Assembly (NCBI RefSeq): GCF_006345805.1
Contig: NC_043005.1
Coordinates: 84,754,001-84,818,000 of the forward strand
Direction of reading: 5' to 3'
DNA length: 64,000 nucleotides
Source: Octopus sinensis
Taxonomy: Eukaryota
Made by a program: the position numbers and the translations under genes. This document shows positions 1-14,024 of the stretch, in pieces (within the stretch, counting starts at the first letter, position 1; each line of letters opens with the position of its first letter). The notes beneath the pieces were generated by a model. It ran no database searches. It saw nothing but the letters and a program-made list of their open reading frames with translations, and had not been told where the DNA came from.

Positions 1-487
1 CCTATGACCGCGAGTCCGCTGCCCTAACCACTGGGCCATTGCACCTCCACATCGAATTATACATAGATATGTATACAAGATTTGCATGGCTATAAGAGTT
101 AGAACTTTTGATGCACCTGTGGACCATTTCCTTTGCAAATTCTTGCCCACTGTACTAAAAATTTCCCCTACTCTTGTTCCATCAGCTAATAATCTTTGAC
201 CAACCTTTGTGCAGCCAGCACACAATGGGAGGTACACAGATATGAATACAGCTGTTGACATGTCAGGACTTTCTCTTCTCTTCAGTCATGTAAAAACAAT
301 TGAGAACTGGACATACAAAGCCTATGCAAGTACATACTTTACTCTACCCCCACTATTGAGTTTTTCTTTCCTTTGATCCATAAATGTCCTGTTTTTAGTA
401 TTAAACATGCTTTTTTATGATTAAAACCTCAGTTTGACACGCATATATGCCCATGCACAAATACTCCCACACACGGAGAATTATAAA

Positions 488-525
<38 letters not shown>

Positions 526-769
526 TATTTATTTCTATATATGTGTGTGTGTTTGCATGTGGAGGAGGTCTGTGTGTATGTCATGGTGTATTTTTGTGTG
601 TGTGTGTGTGTTCATGTATGTCTGTGTGTGCATTTGTTACATAAATATAAGAGTATACATGCATATACACACATACAAACACATATATACACACATATAA
701 ACACAGGGAAAAACAGAAACAGGCAGATAGACAGTGAGATAGAGATAGAGCGAGAGAAAGAGACAAACT

Positions 770-808
<39 letters not shown>

Positions 809-1279
809 AGAGAGAAAGAAAGGGACAAGTAGAGAGAGAAAGAAATAGAATGAGAGAGAGGGACAGACAGATAGCAAAAGAGACAGACTGAGAGAGAGAG
901 AGAGACAAAGAGAGTGAAATGATTTAGATAATCATTATGGATTATCATTTTACACCACTTCACACGTCCTTTGTCCTACATTCTCTTTTCTTTATTTTCC
1001 CTCTTACATCTTTGAACATTTGTTTATTGACGAAGCAATTAATTTCCCTCCTAATCACCACTTGTCTAGCAATATTATGGCTAATTATACAAATCATGGA
1101 AGATGCTTAACTTACATTGGTCATAAAGTCATATTCAATTTCGAATTGTGTCATTGGATTTTTCTAAGCAGAAATTTAATAAATTTACATTGCTACATTT
1201 CACCTCTCGAACAAAAGATATACAGATACACATACACACCACAAATATACAGTTGCCATGATAGATCGTTAGCCACTAC

Positions 1280-1470
1280 ACACATTTTTTTCTCTCCTTT
1301 TTTTCTTCTCTCCTTGTTTTTTTTTCCTGTATCCCTTTCTATAGAAGAGCGTAGGCTCGAAATGTAAAAGACTTTTTCTATTCCTGAGCATTATACTAAT
1401 ACATCTGTTTGTTTTGTATACCACCTGTCTTTGTCTTTTGTTTTTTTCGTGAACTCTCCCTACATATATA
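1280..1470 (+). mobile_element. (TA)n-ending element end with non-canonical hammerhead-like motif (1335-1370)
   Basis: CTTT-CTATAGA-A-GAGC-GTAG-GCTC-GAAA-TGTA-AAAG; the same tail occurs at 10100-10290, 10760-10985 and 41900-42058. Confidence 0.6.
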
Positions 1471-1667
1471 TATGTAATTCCTTGGATTAATGGGTATGTG
1501 TTAATTAGTGTTGAGTAAAGTATATTCACAGTTTTGGGTTACCTGGTGCCATCCATGGTTGGGGTATATTTGCTCTGGATCTATGTCAGGAATTCCACAG
1601 TTTTAGTTGAGATAACAATAATCCATGAGTAAAGCCAAATCCATCTCCTGCTTCATTCCTCAATTAT

Positions 1668-1711
<44 letters not shown>

Positions 1712-1774
1712 TATATATATATATATATAAGTATATATAAATATATATCTGTGTGTGTGTGTGTGTGTGTGTGA

Positions 1775-2365
1775 AAAAGTGCCACACCCTAGCGGTTGAG
1801 GGAATCTGTGGAAGTGATAGATCCAGGAAAACCTGGGACAAGGTGGTGAAGCACGACCTCCGAACTTTAGGTCTCACTGAGGAAATGACTAGAGACTGAG
1901 ACCTATGGAAGTATGCTGTGCGTGAGAAGACCCGGCAGGACAAGTGAGACCATAACCCATGGCCTCTACCTGGGATGTAGCCAGTCCACTTATGCATAAC
2001 TTTCCTTCTTGGGACACAAAACTCTACTTGTGAAGACCTGTTGAGGCAAGTGGAAATCAGAATCAAAATCGAAATTGATCAACATCAATGGAAATTGTAG
2101 CTGTGATACCAGTGCTGGTGGCATGTAAGCGAACCATCTGAACGTGGCTGTTGCCAGCGCCGCCCCCAACGGGCCTCCGTGCCGGTGGCACGTAAAAAGC
2201 ACCCACTACACCCACAGAGTGGTTGGCGTTAGGAAGGGCATCCAGCCGTAGCAACATTGCCAGATCAGACTGGGCCTGGTGCAGCCTTCTGACTTCCCAG
2301 ACCCCAGTTGAACCATCCAACCCATGCTAGCATGGAAAGCGGACGCTAAATGATGATGATGATGA
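1775..2365 (+). mobile_element. RTE LINE 3' fragment
   Basis: KTWDKVVKHDLRTLGLTEEM...EKTRQDK*, followed by the shared UTR and ...CCATGCTAGCATGGAAAGCGGACGCTAAA(TGA)n tail. Confidence 0.9.
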
Positions 2366-2383
2366 TATGTGCGTGTATATACA

Positions 2384-2435
<52 letters not shown>

Positions 2436-3022
2436 CATACATACATATATACACACACATACATAAGGAACAGATCTGGTTCATGAATACAGACGGATTC
2501 CTTTGAGTGAACACATATAGAGATTTTCAGGTAAAATCCAACCAAACTTCACAGTTTTCCTCATCTACCAGGGCAAAGAAGTAATTTCTATACAGGAATG
2601 TTTAAATAAAGAAAATTTGTTCATCAAAAAATAGAGACTCATCTAAATATGATTGCATAATCAACTTTGATCTCAGTATATATTTTAATTCATGATCACA
2701 TACCCATCATTGTACATATTTTTCTCACTACTTTAGCATTTGAGTTTTTGTGAATATTTATTGCCTCCCCAAAAGATGAACAGTTACCTCCCATCTCCCC
2801 AATAATAATTATCACCAATTACCTCCCCTTAGATTTTCCTACTTGTTGAATCATTCATTCATTAACTTCTCCACACACAATATGAACTAAAATCTTCTGA
2901 AGAATATATGAAATTACAATAATTTCAATGTCATGATTAGCAAAAGGGAAACCAGTCGACAAACACACACACATATATATATCCATCATATATCCATCCA
3001 TCCATCTATATACATATATATA

Positions 3023-3180
3023 TGAGGGGGTACCCAAAAGTAACCAGAACTGTTCTCTGTGGGACAAGCAAGTTGTAGTTCGGATTTCTTCCACTAGAAG
3101 CCACTTGATGTGACCCTCGGGCAGCAATCTTCCAATCAGTGTCTTCCAGTATTCTTATACTGCCATGTAGTGTGTCTTTG
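3023..3180 (+). mobile_element. Possible mariner-like 5' end
   Basis: TA|TGAGGGGGTACCCAAAAGT resembles mariner TA|CGAGGG termini; no matching right end found. Confidence 0.4.
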
Positions 3181-3959
3181 TTTTGCATTGCTCTACCAGC
3201 CAGCCAGCCAGCCAGCCCAAAGGTTGGGGTGGGCTGCACCTGCCTACCTCAGTTGCTATGGCATTGAGGTAGATCTGGCCACCTCCATTAACGGAGACAA
3301 GACCTGAATTTAAAACACTGGATGATGATGATGAAACTGGGAAACCAGCCCTTATGAGCCTGGCATGGCTTGAGAAGGGAACATTTATTTTTTTTTTACA
3401 TTTGGAAGTATGTGATGGTTGTGTCATGAAACAAATTGTCCCTACCAGTAATTAATACTCCATTTCATATTATTACAATCCACTCAACTGTCTATGAATG
3501 ACTCTGTCAGAGAGTGGCATCCTATTCGAGTGGAATGCTGCAATAGAATGTGAAGGGACTGACCTTAGGAGTTGTTGGACTTGAGACAGTAATCTCCAAG
3601 AGACTGCTGTTGCATTTTGCAAGCTATGACTAATTGTGAGAGAAAGAAAGAGAGAGAGAAAAAGAGAGAAAGAAAGAAAGAGGAAAAGAGAGAGAGGGGA
3701 TTTGAAGAACTAACTCCTGTATTTGACTGCTACTTTATTGATTGACCTACCTACTTACCTATCTACCTATCTAGCTAGCTACCTGTCTACATAATTCATT
3801 GCTAGTATGTTAAACTGTCGTATGTCCAAATTTGACCAAATGCGTTTTTTCCAACTTTTTTTTTGCAAAAGTCGGTTCTTTTGGTGAAACTATCATGTCT
3901 CCAGCTGCTTCAGATGCCAAGATATTAGAAATTACAGTTCTATACTTAAGAGATGAGGA

Positions 3960-4228
3960 ATTATGTACATTATTTACATTTGATGGATATTTGTCCTCAT
4001 CTTGTTTGTTATTAACGCAACATTTCACCTGATATACCCTCCATCAGGTGTCTTGGGGAAATTTTAGAACCTGGGTTCTCATCCCTAAGGTATTTTTCAA
4101 TGTTGTTGTTATTATTATTATTTTTATTATTATTATCGAACTCGGAATCTGGGGTTAGTAGCCCATGCTCTTAACCACTATGCCATATGCCCGTGGGCAA
4201 TTATGGAGTGAATTTTAGGGTTTATAAA
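3960..4228 (-). mobile_element. tRNA-head + (TAA)n + hammerhead module element (copy 1, HHR partly deleted)
   Basis: Minus strand reads GGCATATGGCATAGTGGTTAAGAGC...GAGTTCG-(ATA)n-AAAAATACCTTAGG...GACACCTGATG...GAAATGTTGCGTT. Confidence 0.72.
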
Positions 4229-4264
4229 TCTAATATTTTTCTATCCTAATGTAAATAATGTAAA

Positions 4265-4670
4265 GGCACAGGAGTGGCTGTGTGGTAAGTAGCTTGTTAA
4301 CCAACCACGTGGTTCCGGGTTCAGTCCCACTGCGTGGCACCTTGGGCAAGTGTCTTCTACTATAGCATCGGGCCGACCAAAGCCTTGTGAGTGGATTTGG
4401 TAGACGGAAACTGAAAGAAGCCCGTCGTATATATGTATATATATGTGTGTGTGTGTGCTTGTGTGTCTGTGTTTGTCCCCCTAGCATTGCTTGACAACCG
4501 ATGCTGGTGTGTTTATGTCCCCGTAACTTAGCGGTTCGGCAAAAGAGACCGATAGAATAAGTACTGGGCTTACAAAAGAATAAGTCCCGGGGTCGAGTTG
4601 CTCGACTAAAGGCGGTGCTCCTGCATGGCCACAGTCAAATGACTGAAACAAGTAAAGGAGTAAAGAGTAA
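4265..4670 (+). mobile_element. tRNA-derived SINE, family A (bipartite, internal microsatellite)
   Basis: A box TGGCTGTGTGG, B box GGTTCAGTCCC, CORE-like ACCTTGGGCAAGT, (TA)(TG) middle, GTAAAAGA-type tail; many copies in the window. Confidence 0.88.
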
Positions 4671-4834
4671 ATGTATATTAGAAATTGTCAAAGTTTAGTA
4701 CAATAGTTTTGCTTTGGAATGGTGAAACTATATTTTGTTTTCTGAAAAAGTTTGGACTTACAATGCTTTTGCATAATAGCAACGATATCTGCTTGCTTAC
4801 TTACCTGTCTCTCTATCAGTCTGTCTGTCTATCA

Positions 4835-4866
<32 letters not shown>

Positions 4867-5339
4867 GCTTACTCACCTACCTGTCTCTCTGTGTGTCTAT
4901 CTCCCTATCAACCTCCTACCTCTCTGTCTACCTACCTGCCGACCTATCTATCTCCCTACCCATCCACCTCCCTCCCTCCCTACCTTGGTGTGTACCCAGG
5001 GTATGCATGTCATGCAGTGCATTGCCAGTGAGTTCATAAAAATCCAAAAATAATTCCAAAACAACATTGAAAAGTTGTCAAAATTGAAAATTAAATAAGT
5101 TAATTGGTTTAAGAAAACCATAAAAGAAACAATATTTTAACATTACAAAACATTAAAAAAAGAATGTTTTTTCATCTCAAATGCAACAAGCATATTTGTA
5201 TAAATGTGATCCCAAAAGACACCTCCGTAGCAACATCATTTCCTCTCCTCTTAAATATCTTCAAATTGCATACGTTTACAAAAATGCTTCTATCGTCTTC
5301 ATCTCTTTGCTCCCGTTTTTTCCCCTCAAAAGCTCTCTC

Positions 5340-5448
5340 TATACTCTTCTTTCTCTCTCCCTACCTCTCTCTCTCTCTATCTGTCTGTCTATCTCTATGT
5401 ATCTATCTGTCTGTCTGTCCGTCCATCCATCTATCCATCCATCCATCC

Positions 5449-5484
<36 letters not shown>

Positions 5485-5501
5485 CTCTGGTTGTCTGTGT
5501 G

Positions 5502-5545
<44 letters not shown>

Positions 5546-5663
5546 GCTATCTATCTGTCTGTCTGTCCGTCCATCCATCTATCTGTCTATCTATCTATCT
5601 CTCTGGTTGTCTATTTGTCTATCTATCTCTCTCTCTCTATCTGTCTGTCGGACTGTCTGTCTA

Positions 5664-5758
<95 letters not shown>

Positions 5759-5780
5759 GTCTATCCATCTGCCTGTCTCT
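5340..5780 (+). repeat. Compound (TCTA)n/(TCTG)n/(TCCA)n microsatellite
   Basis: Directly visible; one of dozens of (TA)n, (CA)n, (ATT)n and (CAT)n tracts. Confidence 0.95.
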
Positions 5781-5944
5781 CTTTATTGATTGTTTGTATC
5801 TGAGGTCACTAAACAGTCCATTGATTCACATGTGGTCGATGACTGACCACAAGGAGTGGACAATAGAAAATCACCAGCGAAATACATATATTTACTGACA
5901 CAGCTGCTGGTGTGGCTGTGTGGCACCTTGGGCAAATGTCTTCT

Positions 5945-6240
5945 AGTGGTTAGGGCATTTGGCTCATGATTGTAAGGTTGAGAGTTCCATACCTGGTGAT
6001 GATACCTGGAGCAAGACATTTCATTTCACATGGTTCTGGACCATTCCACTGGCAAAAATAAGTAGCACCTGTAATTTAAAGGGTCAGACTTGTCACATTC
6101 CCTGTCTTGTTGAATCTCCCTAAGAACTACGTTAAGGGTACACGTGTCTGTGGAGTGCTCAGCCACGTGCACGTTAATTTCATGAGCAGGCTGTTCCATT
6201 GATCAGATCACCTAGAACTCTCTTTGTTGTAACTGACAGA
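5945..6240 (+). mobile_element. SINE family C (3' part repeated at 22850-23035)
   Basis: tRNA-like head followed by TAAGGGTACAC.TGTCTGTGGAGTGCTCAGCCAC, shared with 22920-22960. Confidence 0.7.
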
Positions 6241-6340
6241 GAACTTAGTTTGTATAGCAGAAGAATTTTGGAAAATAGATCCAAAATCCATTGATATGGT
6301 TGCAAATACAGTGATGAAAAAGCTTTCTGGAATAAATCTT

Positions 6341-6349
<9 letters not shown>

Positions 6350-6371
<22 letters not shown>

Positions 6372-6890
6372 AGCATCACCATCGTTTAATGTCTGCTTTC
6401 CATGCTGGCATGGGTTTGACGGTTTGACTGAGGAATGGTAAGTCAGGAGGCTGCACCAGGATCCAATCTGATCTGGCAGGGTTTCTACGGCTGGACGCCC
6501 TTCCTTATGCCAACCACTCTTAGAGTGTAGTGGGTGCTTTTTATGTTCCACCGGCACGGGAGCCAGTCAGATAGAACTGGCATTGACAACAGTCAAATGG
6601 TACTTTTTATGTGCCACCAGCACAAGAGCCACTCAGGCAGCACTGGCATTTACCATGCTTGAATGGTATTTTTTATGTGCCCCCAGCACAAGGGCCAGTC
6701 AGGTGGCACTGGCATCGACCACGCTTGAATGTTGCTTTTTATGTACCACTGGAACAGGGGCCAGTCAGGTGGAAATGGCATCAACCAAACTCGTTTGGTG
6801 CATTTTATGTACCACTGGCATGGGGGTCAGTCAGGCAGCATTGGTATCGACCATGCTTGAATGGTGCTTTTTATGTGCCACCAGCATGGG
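6350..6890 (-). mobile_element. RTE 3'UTR/tail fragment with tandem units
   Basis: Shared tail plus repeated GGTGCTTTTTATGTGCCACC-type units. Confidence 0.85.
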
Positions 6891-8857
6891 GGGGGGGAGC
6901 AGTCAGGTGGAAGAAGGAATAAATAAATGAGTGGAAATTGAACCTGTGAGTGTGTTAAATATGAAGGCAGTATGACTCTCCCCAGACACAACAAAATTTG
7001 TTTCAACACACAAATTCACATAAATAATCTTGCAAACCAGATTCAAAATCCAAGTTTATTCTTTTTTCCCAAAAAAACATCGTTGAATTAATTATGAATA
7101 AACACTGACTGATACTGATATTACTTTACTTGCAAAATTCCTGCAAAAAAATTTATGAGACATTTTAAAACTAATTTATATGAAAGAAAAAAGTTGTTAT
7201 CTGAAAGCATTAGGCAAAATAAATTATTTAAAAAAAAAAAAAAAAAAAACTGTTTAGAATAATAAAAGTAACATTGAGTTCAATAATCTTCTTGGTTGTG
7301 TTAAAACAGGAACATTCTCAAAGACATAAAATTTGTCTTCAATTCTAGAAAATATTTCAAAATGTTTGCTGTAGTCTTACTTAAAATGTCAGTGCGTACA
7401 GCAGCAGTATGATGGACAGGTGAAACCAAAATCTTTGTTCAAGATTCGTTTAGTGTTATGAGATATTTAGGTCCCCAGGAATTATTTTGTGGTCATTTTT
7501 AAATTGAAGCAGCCAATAATCACAGGAATTCATCAGCCTCACCATCATCACTGTCGTTACCATGACCATGACCACGACTACAACCATGACCACCACCAAC
7601 ATCATCATTATTGTCATCATCATCATCATCTTTGTCATTGTTTTGTTGCTGCTGCCACTGCTGCCATCATCACCACCACCACCACCATCACCACCACCAT
7701 CATCATTATTGTCATCATCATCATCTTTGTCATCATTTCATCACTACCACCATCACCACCACCACCATCATCATCACCACCATCACCACCATCATTATCG
7801 TCATCATCATCATCTTTGTCATAATCTCATCACAAGGCAACATCCCTCGGCTGTGTTGAGTGATGTGGTTCAAAAGACTTTGTTGAATGAAAAAGGATGT
7901 ACTTAAGCAGCCTAAATTGGTAAAAATTCTTGTAAGGAAGACGTCCAATTTAGAGCTACAGGTTTGGGGGGAACCCATGCACAACAGAGTGATTGGCGTT
8001 AGGAAGGGCATCTAGCAGTAAAAACTCTGCCAGATCAAGATTGGAGCCTGGTGCAGCCATCTGGTTCGCCAGTCCTCAGTCAAATCATCCAACCCATGCT
8101 AGCATGGAAAGCGGACGTTAAATGATGATGATGTGTATATATATATATATATACATAAACATATATATATATTTATGTATATATATATACATAAACGTAT
8201 ATATATATATATATATATAATAAATATTAAGGAATGAATCCAAAATTACAGGGAAAAATCAGATTTAGGATTAAATCCAATTTTATAGTAAAATATTATA
8301 TAATATAATTCGAGACAAAACCACTATTTTAAAACCAAACAAGGAAAGACTTAATCAATACATAAAATTTTAATATATATATATATATAAATATATTTAT
8401 GTATTTATGTTTGCATTTGTCTCAAGTTATAAAAACAATTTAATCTTAAGCTAAAGGATTACACAATAATTTTTTTTAGTGGAAATACATATATATATCT
8501 ACAAGGCAAAGGTTGACAGTAACTTTCAAGTTTTGGCTCGCTCACCTTTGTCAGACTGTATGATGAAGGTAAACCAGTGAAAACTTCAAAGTCACTGTCA
8601 ACAATTTCCCTGTCAAAGTCTATACATACATAATAAACAATAAATAAAGCACGATTTTTTTCCTTTACTACAACCCCCCCCCCTTTTTAGCTGCATAAAT
8701 CAAAGATGTATATACTAAAGCCATTTTCGATACCAAAGCCTTGAGGCAACATGTGGCTCCTTACTTTTCTTTGTTCCCTTCTGTTCTTCTCACTTTTGTT
8801 ATATATGTTTATATAAATAAAAAATACATACACCAATATGATTTTAGTTGCACTATA

Positions 8858-9268
8858 GGCACAGGAATGGCTGTGTGCTAAGTAGCTTGCTTACCAACCA
8901 CATGGTTCTGGGTTCAGTCCCACTGCGTGGCACCTTGGGCAAGTGTCATCTATTATAGCCTCAGGCTGACCAAAGCCTTGTGTGTGGATTTGGTAGATGG
9001 AAACTGAAAGAAGCCCATCATATATATGTATATATATATGTATGTGTGTGTATATATTTGTGTGTCTGTGTTTGTCCCCCCCCCCACATCGCTTGACAAC
9101 TGATGCTGGTGTGTTTACATCCCCGTAACTTAGTGGTTCGGCAAAAGTGCCTGATAGAATAAGTACTAAGCTTACAAAGAATACGTCCTGAGGTTGATTT
9201 GCTTGACTAAAGGTGGTGCTCCAGTATGGCCACAGTAAAATGACTGAAACAAGTAAAAGCTTAAAAGA
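8858..9268 (+). mobile_element. tRNA-derived SINE, family A
   Basis: Collinear with 4265-4670. Confidence 0.88.
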
Positions 9269-9384
9269 GTATGATTCAAACATTTCTTCTGTGAAAACAA
9301 ATCTCTAAATTTGTAATTTTGGCCAGTGGTGTATGACATGCCCACTTATGAGTAGCCTTCATTCATTGGACAATAAACTTTGCT

Positions 9385-9935
9385 AGTGAAGACCTGTTGA
9401 GGCAAGTGAAATCAAAATCGGTGAGGTGGCTGATGAGAGTACTGCCCGATTGGCACCCGTGCCAGCGGAGTGTCAAAAGCACCATCTGAGTGTGATTGCT
9501 GCCAGGGCTGCAGATTGGCTCCTATGCCGATGGCACATAAAAAGCACCATCCGAGCATGATCATTGCCAGCGTCGCCTTACTGGCTCATGTGCTGGTGGC
9601 ACGTGAAAAACAACCTTTGATCTTGGTCGTTGCCAGGGCCTCCGGACTGGCTCCCATGCAGGTGGCATGTAAAAAACACCATTTGAGCGTGACCATTGCC
9701 AGTACTGCCTGACTGGCCCTCATGCTGGTGGCAATGTAAAAAGCACCCACTACACTCTCAGAGTGGTTGGCGTTAGGAAGGGTATCCAGCTGTAGAAACT
9801 TTGCCAGATCAGATTGGAGCCTGGTGCAGCCTTCTGGCTCACCAGTCCTCAGTCAAACCGTCCATCCATGCCTGGATGGAAAGTGGATGTTAAAGGACGA
9901 CAATGACGATGATGATGATGATGATGATGATGATA
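9385..9935 (+). mobile_element. RTE 3'UTR/tail fragment
   Basis: GAAGACCTGTTGAGGCAAG start, tandem units, CACCCACTACAC...GGAAGGG tail, (GAT)n. Confidence 0.85.
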
Positions 9936-10099
9936 TAAATATATAGTATAAAATTATTCTGCACTTATGTTAAAAAGTTAAACTTGCTTTAATTACAGAA
10001 TACATATAAATGTAAGAAAATTTTGACACATTTCCAAATTTTTCTTTCTTCACATTACATTTTTTACCTCAACCATCTTCCCATTTTTCTTATTATCTC

Positions 10100-10405
10100 A
10101 ATGTCCAGCATCCTAGTTTTTAAAATATCCACCTTTGTATCATCTATCTGTCTGAACGTTTTAATGCCCTCTATTGTGCTTTTGTTCCATTGCTCTCCTT
10201 GTTTTTTTCTGTGTCCCTTTCTGTAGAAAAGCGTAGGCTTGAAACATAAAAGACTTTTCCTATTCCTGAGCGTTATACTAATACATATTGCAACAAAAAT
10301 TACCTGGAGATACATGGTGCATTTTATGAACGTGCATCTTTTAGATTTAAAGTATCATAGAAGCATGGAACTATTAGCTGCTTTTTTGGTGTGTTTATTA
10401 AATTG

Positions 10406-10436
<31 letters not shown>

Positions 10437-10985
10437 CTTATGTATATATCACTTCATACATGCCAGCTTAATTTGATTTGTTTTCAGTTGAAAGACACCT
10501 GTTGCTATTTCTTGTATTCGTAATTGTGTATCATATTCTCTGTTTTTTTTGTTTACTTGCGTTCTTTTGTCTTTGTTGCCATACACATTCACTAGCTTTC
10601 TTACAAAGGGGTTTAATGCTCTTAGCTTAGACATTTGGGGGCAACCAAATCGAACCATCTCAAGTGTAACTGTCCGAAATGGTCGTGGCTTCTGGAACTT
10701 GACTGATGAAAGAAAGCCAAGAATGACCCATCTTTTTTTTGCCTGTCCTAATTGTTGTTTTCTTTGTCCACCTTTGTATCATCTATCTGTCTGAACGTTT
10801 TAATGCCCTTTATTGCGTTTCTGTTCCATTGCTCTCCTTGTTTTTTCCTGTGTCCCTTTCTGTAGAAGAGCGTAGGTTTGAAACATAAAAGACTTTTTCT
10901 ATTCCTGAGCATTATACTAATACATCTGTTTGTTTTTTACACCAACTGTCTTCGTCTTTTGATTTTTGTTTTATAAACTCTCCCT
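10100..10985 (+). mobile_element. Tandem arrangement of the same (TA)n-ending element, hammerhead-like motifs at 10217-10252 and 10856-10891
   Basis: The ~190-bp segment 10100-10290 is repeated at 10760-10925. The middle part resembles 59860-60190. Confidence 0.65.
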
Positions 10986-11265
10986 ATATATATATATAAA
11001 TACACACACATACATAGATAGATAAATATAGATGCATATTTATCTATGTATGTGTGTGTGTGTGTGTGTATATATACATATATACATACACACATATATA
11101 CACACATAGATAGATAAATATAGATATATATTTGTTCAGGAAAAATTAGGAGTCTTATGTTTTGAGCGTATGCTCTTATGCAGAAAGAATAGATGAAGAG
11201 AGAAAGAAAAGGGAGTGAAAATTGAACAAATGTGTTTCAAAGAGACAATCATAACACGTTTGAAA

Positions 11266-11299
<34 letters not shown>

Positions 11300-11889
11300 A
11301 TATGTGTGTTCTTGTATGTGTGTGTGTGTGTGTGTGTGTGTGCATATGTGTGTTCTTGTATGTGTGTGTGTGTGTGTGTCTGTGTGTCTGTGTGCATATT
11401 GAGTGTTTTTCCATGTCTGTGGGCCAATCCAATCCTTCTGAATATATTTAGACAAAAATGGATGGATTGTACCTATACTTCAAAAGGTTCTGCTTCATCA
11501 TGGCTGTGGAGTACTCAGCCAGTTATGCGCCAAATTAAACATGTATGTAGTTTAGTTAATCCATGAACCGAATGCTCATTGTTGAAACTAGCGAAAGATC
11601 CATGATTGTTTAGTCATCAAATAACCCCCTCCATTTATAAACAGCATGATTTAAAACCTTTTGACATTTACTTTATGAAATACTGCTGAAATTTAACCCT
11701 AATTAGTCCTGTTCAGCATAATGACTTTGCTTCATTATCAACAGTAAAGTAAAACAACCTGAGATTGAGTCGGCTGTATTGATTTTCAAATTAATTACAG
11801 CTCGTCTTCATTATGCAACTGTGTGGCTAAGAAGCTTGCTTCTTAGCCATTTGCTCTTCAGACCTTGTGCCTAAAGTAAAAAGGGCTAT

Positions 11890-12105
11890 CATTTTTGGTT
11901 TGACTCAAGGTACGTCTGGGTAGCAGGTTGCTACCTGTAACCCTAGGTATCCACAAGTCTTTGGTAGACTTTCAAGTGCTTAGAACCTTCCTGATAATTC
12001 TTGCTGTCCCTAAGAGACTAACTTTTTGTAGGAGCTCTACAGAGCATTCTATTATAATCTTCTTCAGCCATTTGTCTATGTCTTTGCTTACTGTCCCCAA
12101 CACTT
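11890..12105 (-). mobile_element. 3' fragment of an RLE-type non-LTR element next to (TTA)n
   Basis: Minus strand translates to VLGTVSKDIDKWLKKIIIECSVELLQKVSLLGTARIIRKVLST*, the typical RLE C-terminus. Confidence 0.75.
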
Positions 12106-12109
12106 TCTA

Positions 12110-12153
<44 letters not shown>

Positions 12154-12424
12154 CATTATTATTATTATTGTTGTTGTTGTTGTGGTTGATGTTGTTGATT
12201 TTTTTTCTCCTTCTTTCTTCAAATTTTCTTCCATTTCTCGCCGAGTGTTTTCCGTACACCTAGGGCAGAGAAGCTCATTGTATGCATTCCCAGATTACAC
12301 ACACAAATTCACAGGTAAAATATGTATTTTAAAAAAATCAATAAATAAATAAATTCATGAATGGATGTTGTTTTCACAGTGATAATGCCCTTCTCAGTAC
12401 ATGAGTTGTTCCAGTTAGCACATA

Positions 12425-12466
<42 letters not shown>

Positions 12467-12734
12467 GGATCCAGATTCAGTCCCACTGAGTTACACCCCA
12501 GACAAGTCTTCTCTCCTTGTCTTTGACCAACCTTGAAAGTGGATTTGATTAACAAGAAACAGAAAAATGGCCATTGTATTTGTGTGTGTTTATTAATGGT
12601 ATTTTCTTAGTTCACCTTGATTTTAACTCATTTTGGAATGCCTTGATAACATTGTGTTAGCATATATTAATTTGGTTGCTATTATATGCCCTTTTTCTAC
12701 CTGTATCTGCTGGTAGAAGAGAAATGATCATCAA

Positions 12735-12950
12735 GGTGGCGAGTTTGTAGAGACGTTAGTGCACCAGGTGATAACGCTTAGTAGTATTTCGTCTGTCTTT
12801 ATGTTCTGGGTTCAAATTCCGCTGAGGTTGACTTTGCCTTTCATCCTATTGAGGTCGATAAACCGAGTACCAGTTGCGTACTGGGGTCGATCTAATCGAC
12901 TGGCCCCCTCCCCAAAAGTTTTAGGCCTTGAGCCTAGAGTAGAAAAGAGA
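12735..12950 (+). mobile_element. SINE family B (related copies at 14410-14620, 22440-22850, 42960-43145, 53878-54070, 63290-63390)
   Basis: Shared GTTCAAATTCCGC...GACTTTGCCTTTCATCC...GTACCAGTT.C..ACTGGGGTCGAT core. Confidence 0.75.
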
Positions 12951-13237
12951 ATAGAAATGATCGTCAGTAATGTATGTTGCAATCATCAATTAAAAATGGG
13001 ATCTTCTCCCTTCATGTTCATGTTTTCTATAAAGCCTGAATTTCTTGAACTTCTTCTAAGCAATATTTCAATTTACTGATCATAAATAAAGAATTGCCTT
13101 AGATGTTTATTCTTCTTGAATTTATTGGTGTCTGATTGTTTGATAGAGTTAATTAAATTCATTTAACGTGGAGTACTTTATAGTTAGCTGCCTGGATCTA
13201 TTAATCATTTTTACTTATTATTATATATATATATTGA

Positions 13238-13396
13238 CCCAGGAGTGGCTGTGTGGTAAGTAGCTTGCTTACCAACCACATGGTCCTGGGATCAGTCCCA
13301 CTGCGTGTCACTATGGACAAGTATCTTCTACTGTAGCCTTGGACCGACCAAAGCCTTGTGAGTGGATTTGGTAGATGGAAACTGAAAGAAGCCTGT

Positions 13397-13427
<31 letters not shown>

Positions 13428-13680
13428 TATATATATATATATATAATATATATATATATATGTTTGTGTGTCTGTGTATGTCTCCTCAACATTGCTTGAC
13501 AACCAATGTAGGTATGTTTATGTCCCCCGTAACTTAGCAGTTCAGCAAAAGATACTGATAGAATAAGTACTGGGCTTACAAAGAATAAGTCCTGAGGCTG
13601 ATTTGTTTGACTAAAGGTTGTGCTCCAGCATGGCCACAGTCAAATGACTGAAACAAATAAAAAAATAAAAGAATAAAAGA
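13238..13680 (+). mobile_element. tRNA-derived SINE, family A
   Basis: Collinear with 4265-4670. Confidence 0.88.
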
Positions 13681-13993
13681 ATGTTAATACATAATTATTA
13701 CATTATGAGAGGGAAATTCATTTCTACACTCTGTGTGTGTGTGTATGTGTGTGTGTGTATGTGTGTGTGTATGTGTGTGTGTGTATGTGTGTGTGTATGT
13801 GTGTGTGTGTGTGAATTGGTGTCACCTTGTCTATGACATCACATGACTGTTGTAAATGAGTGTCACTGTCATACAAGCAGCGTCATGCATTTCCTGTATT
13901 CTGTGAGATGCTTGGCTCTAGGAAAATATGGACTTTGCTAAGAAACAAGTGGGGGTTAGTGACCAGAAGAGCATCCAGCCAAAGAATCATCAC

Positions 13994-14004
<11 letters not shown>

Positions 14005-14024
<20 letters not shown>

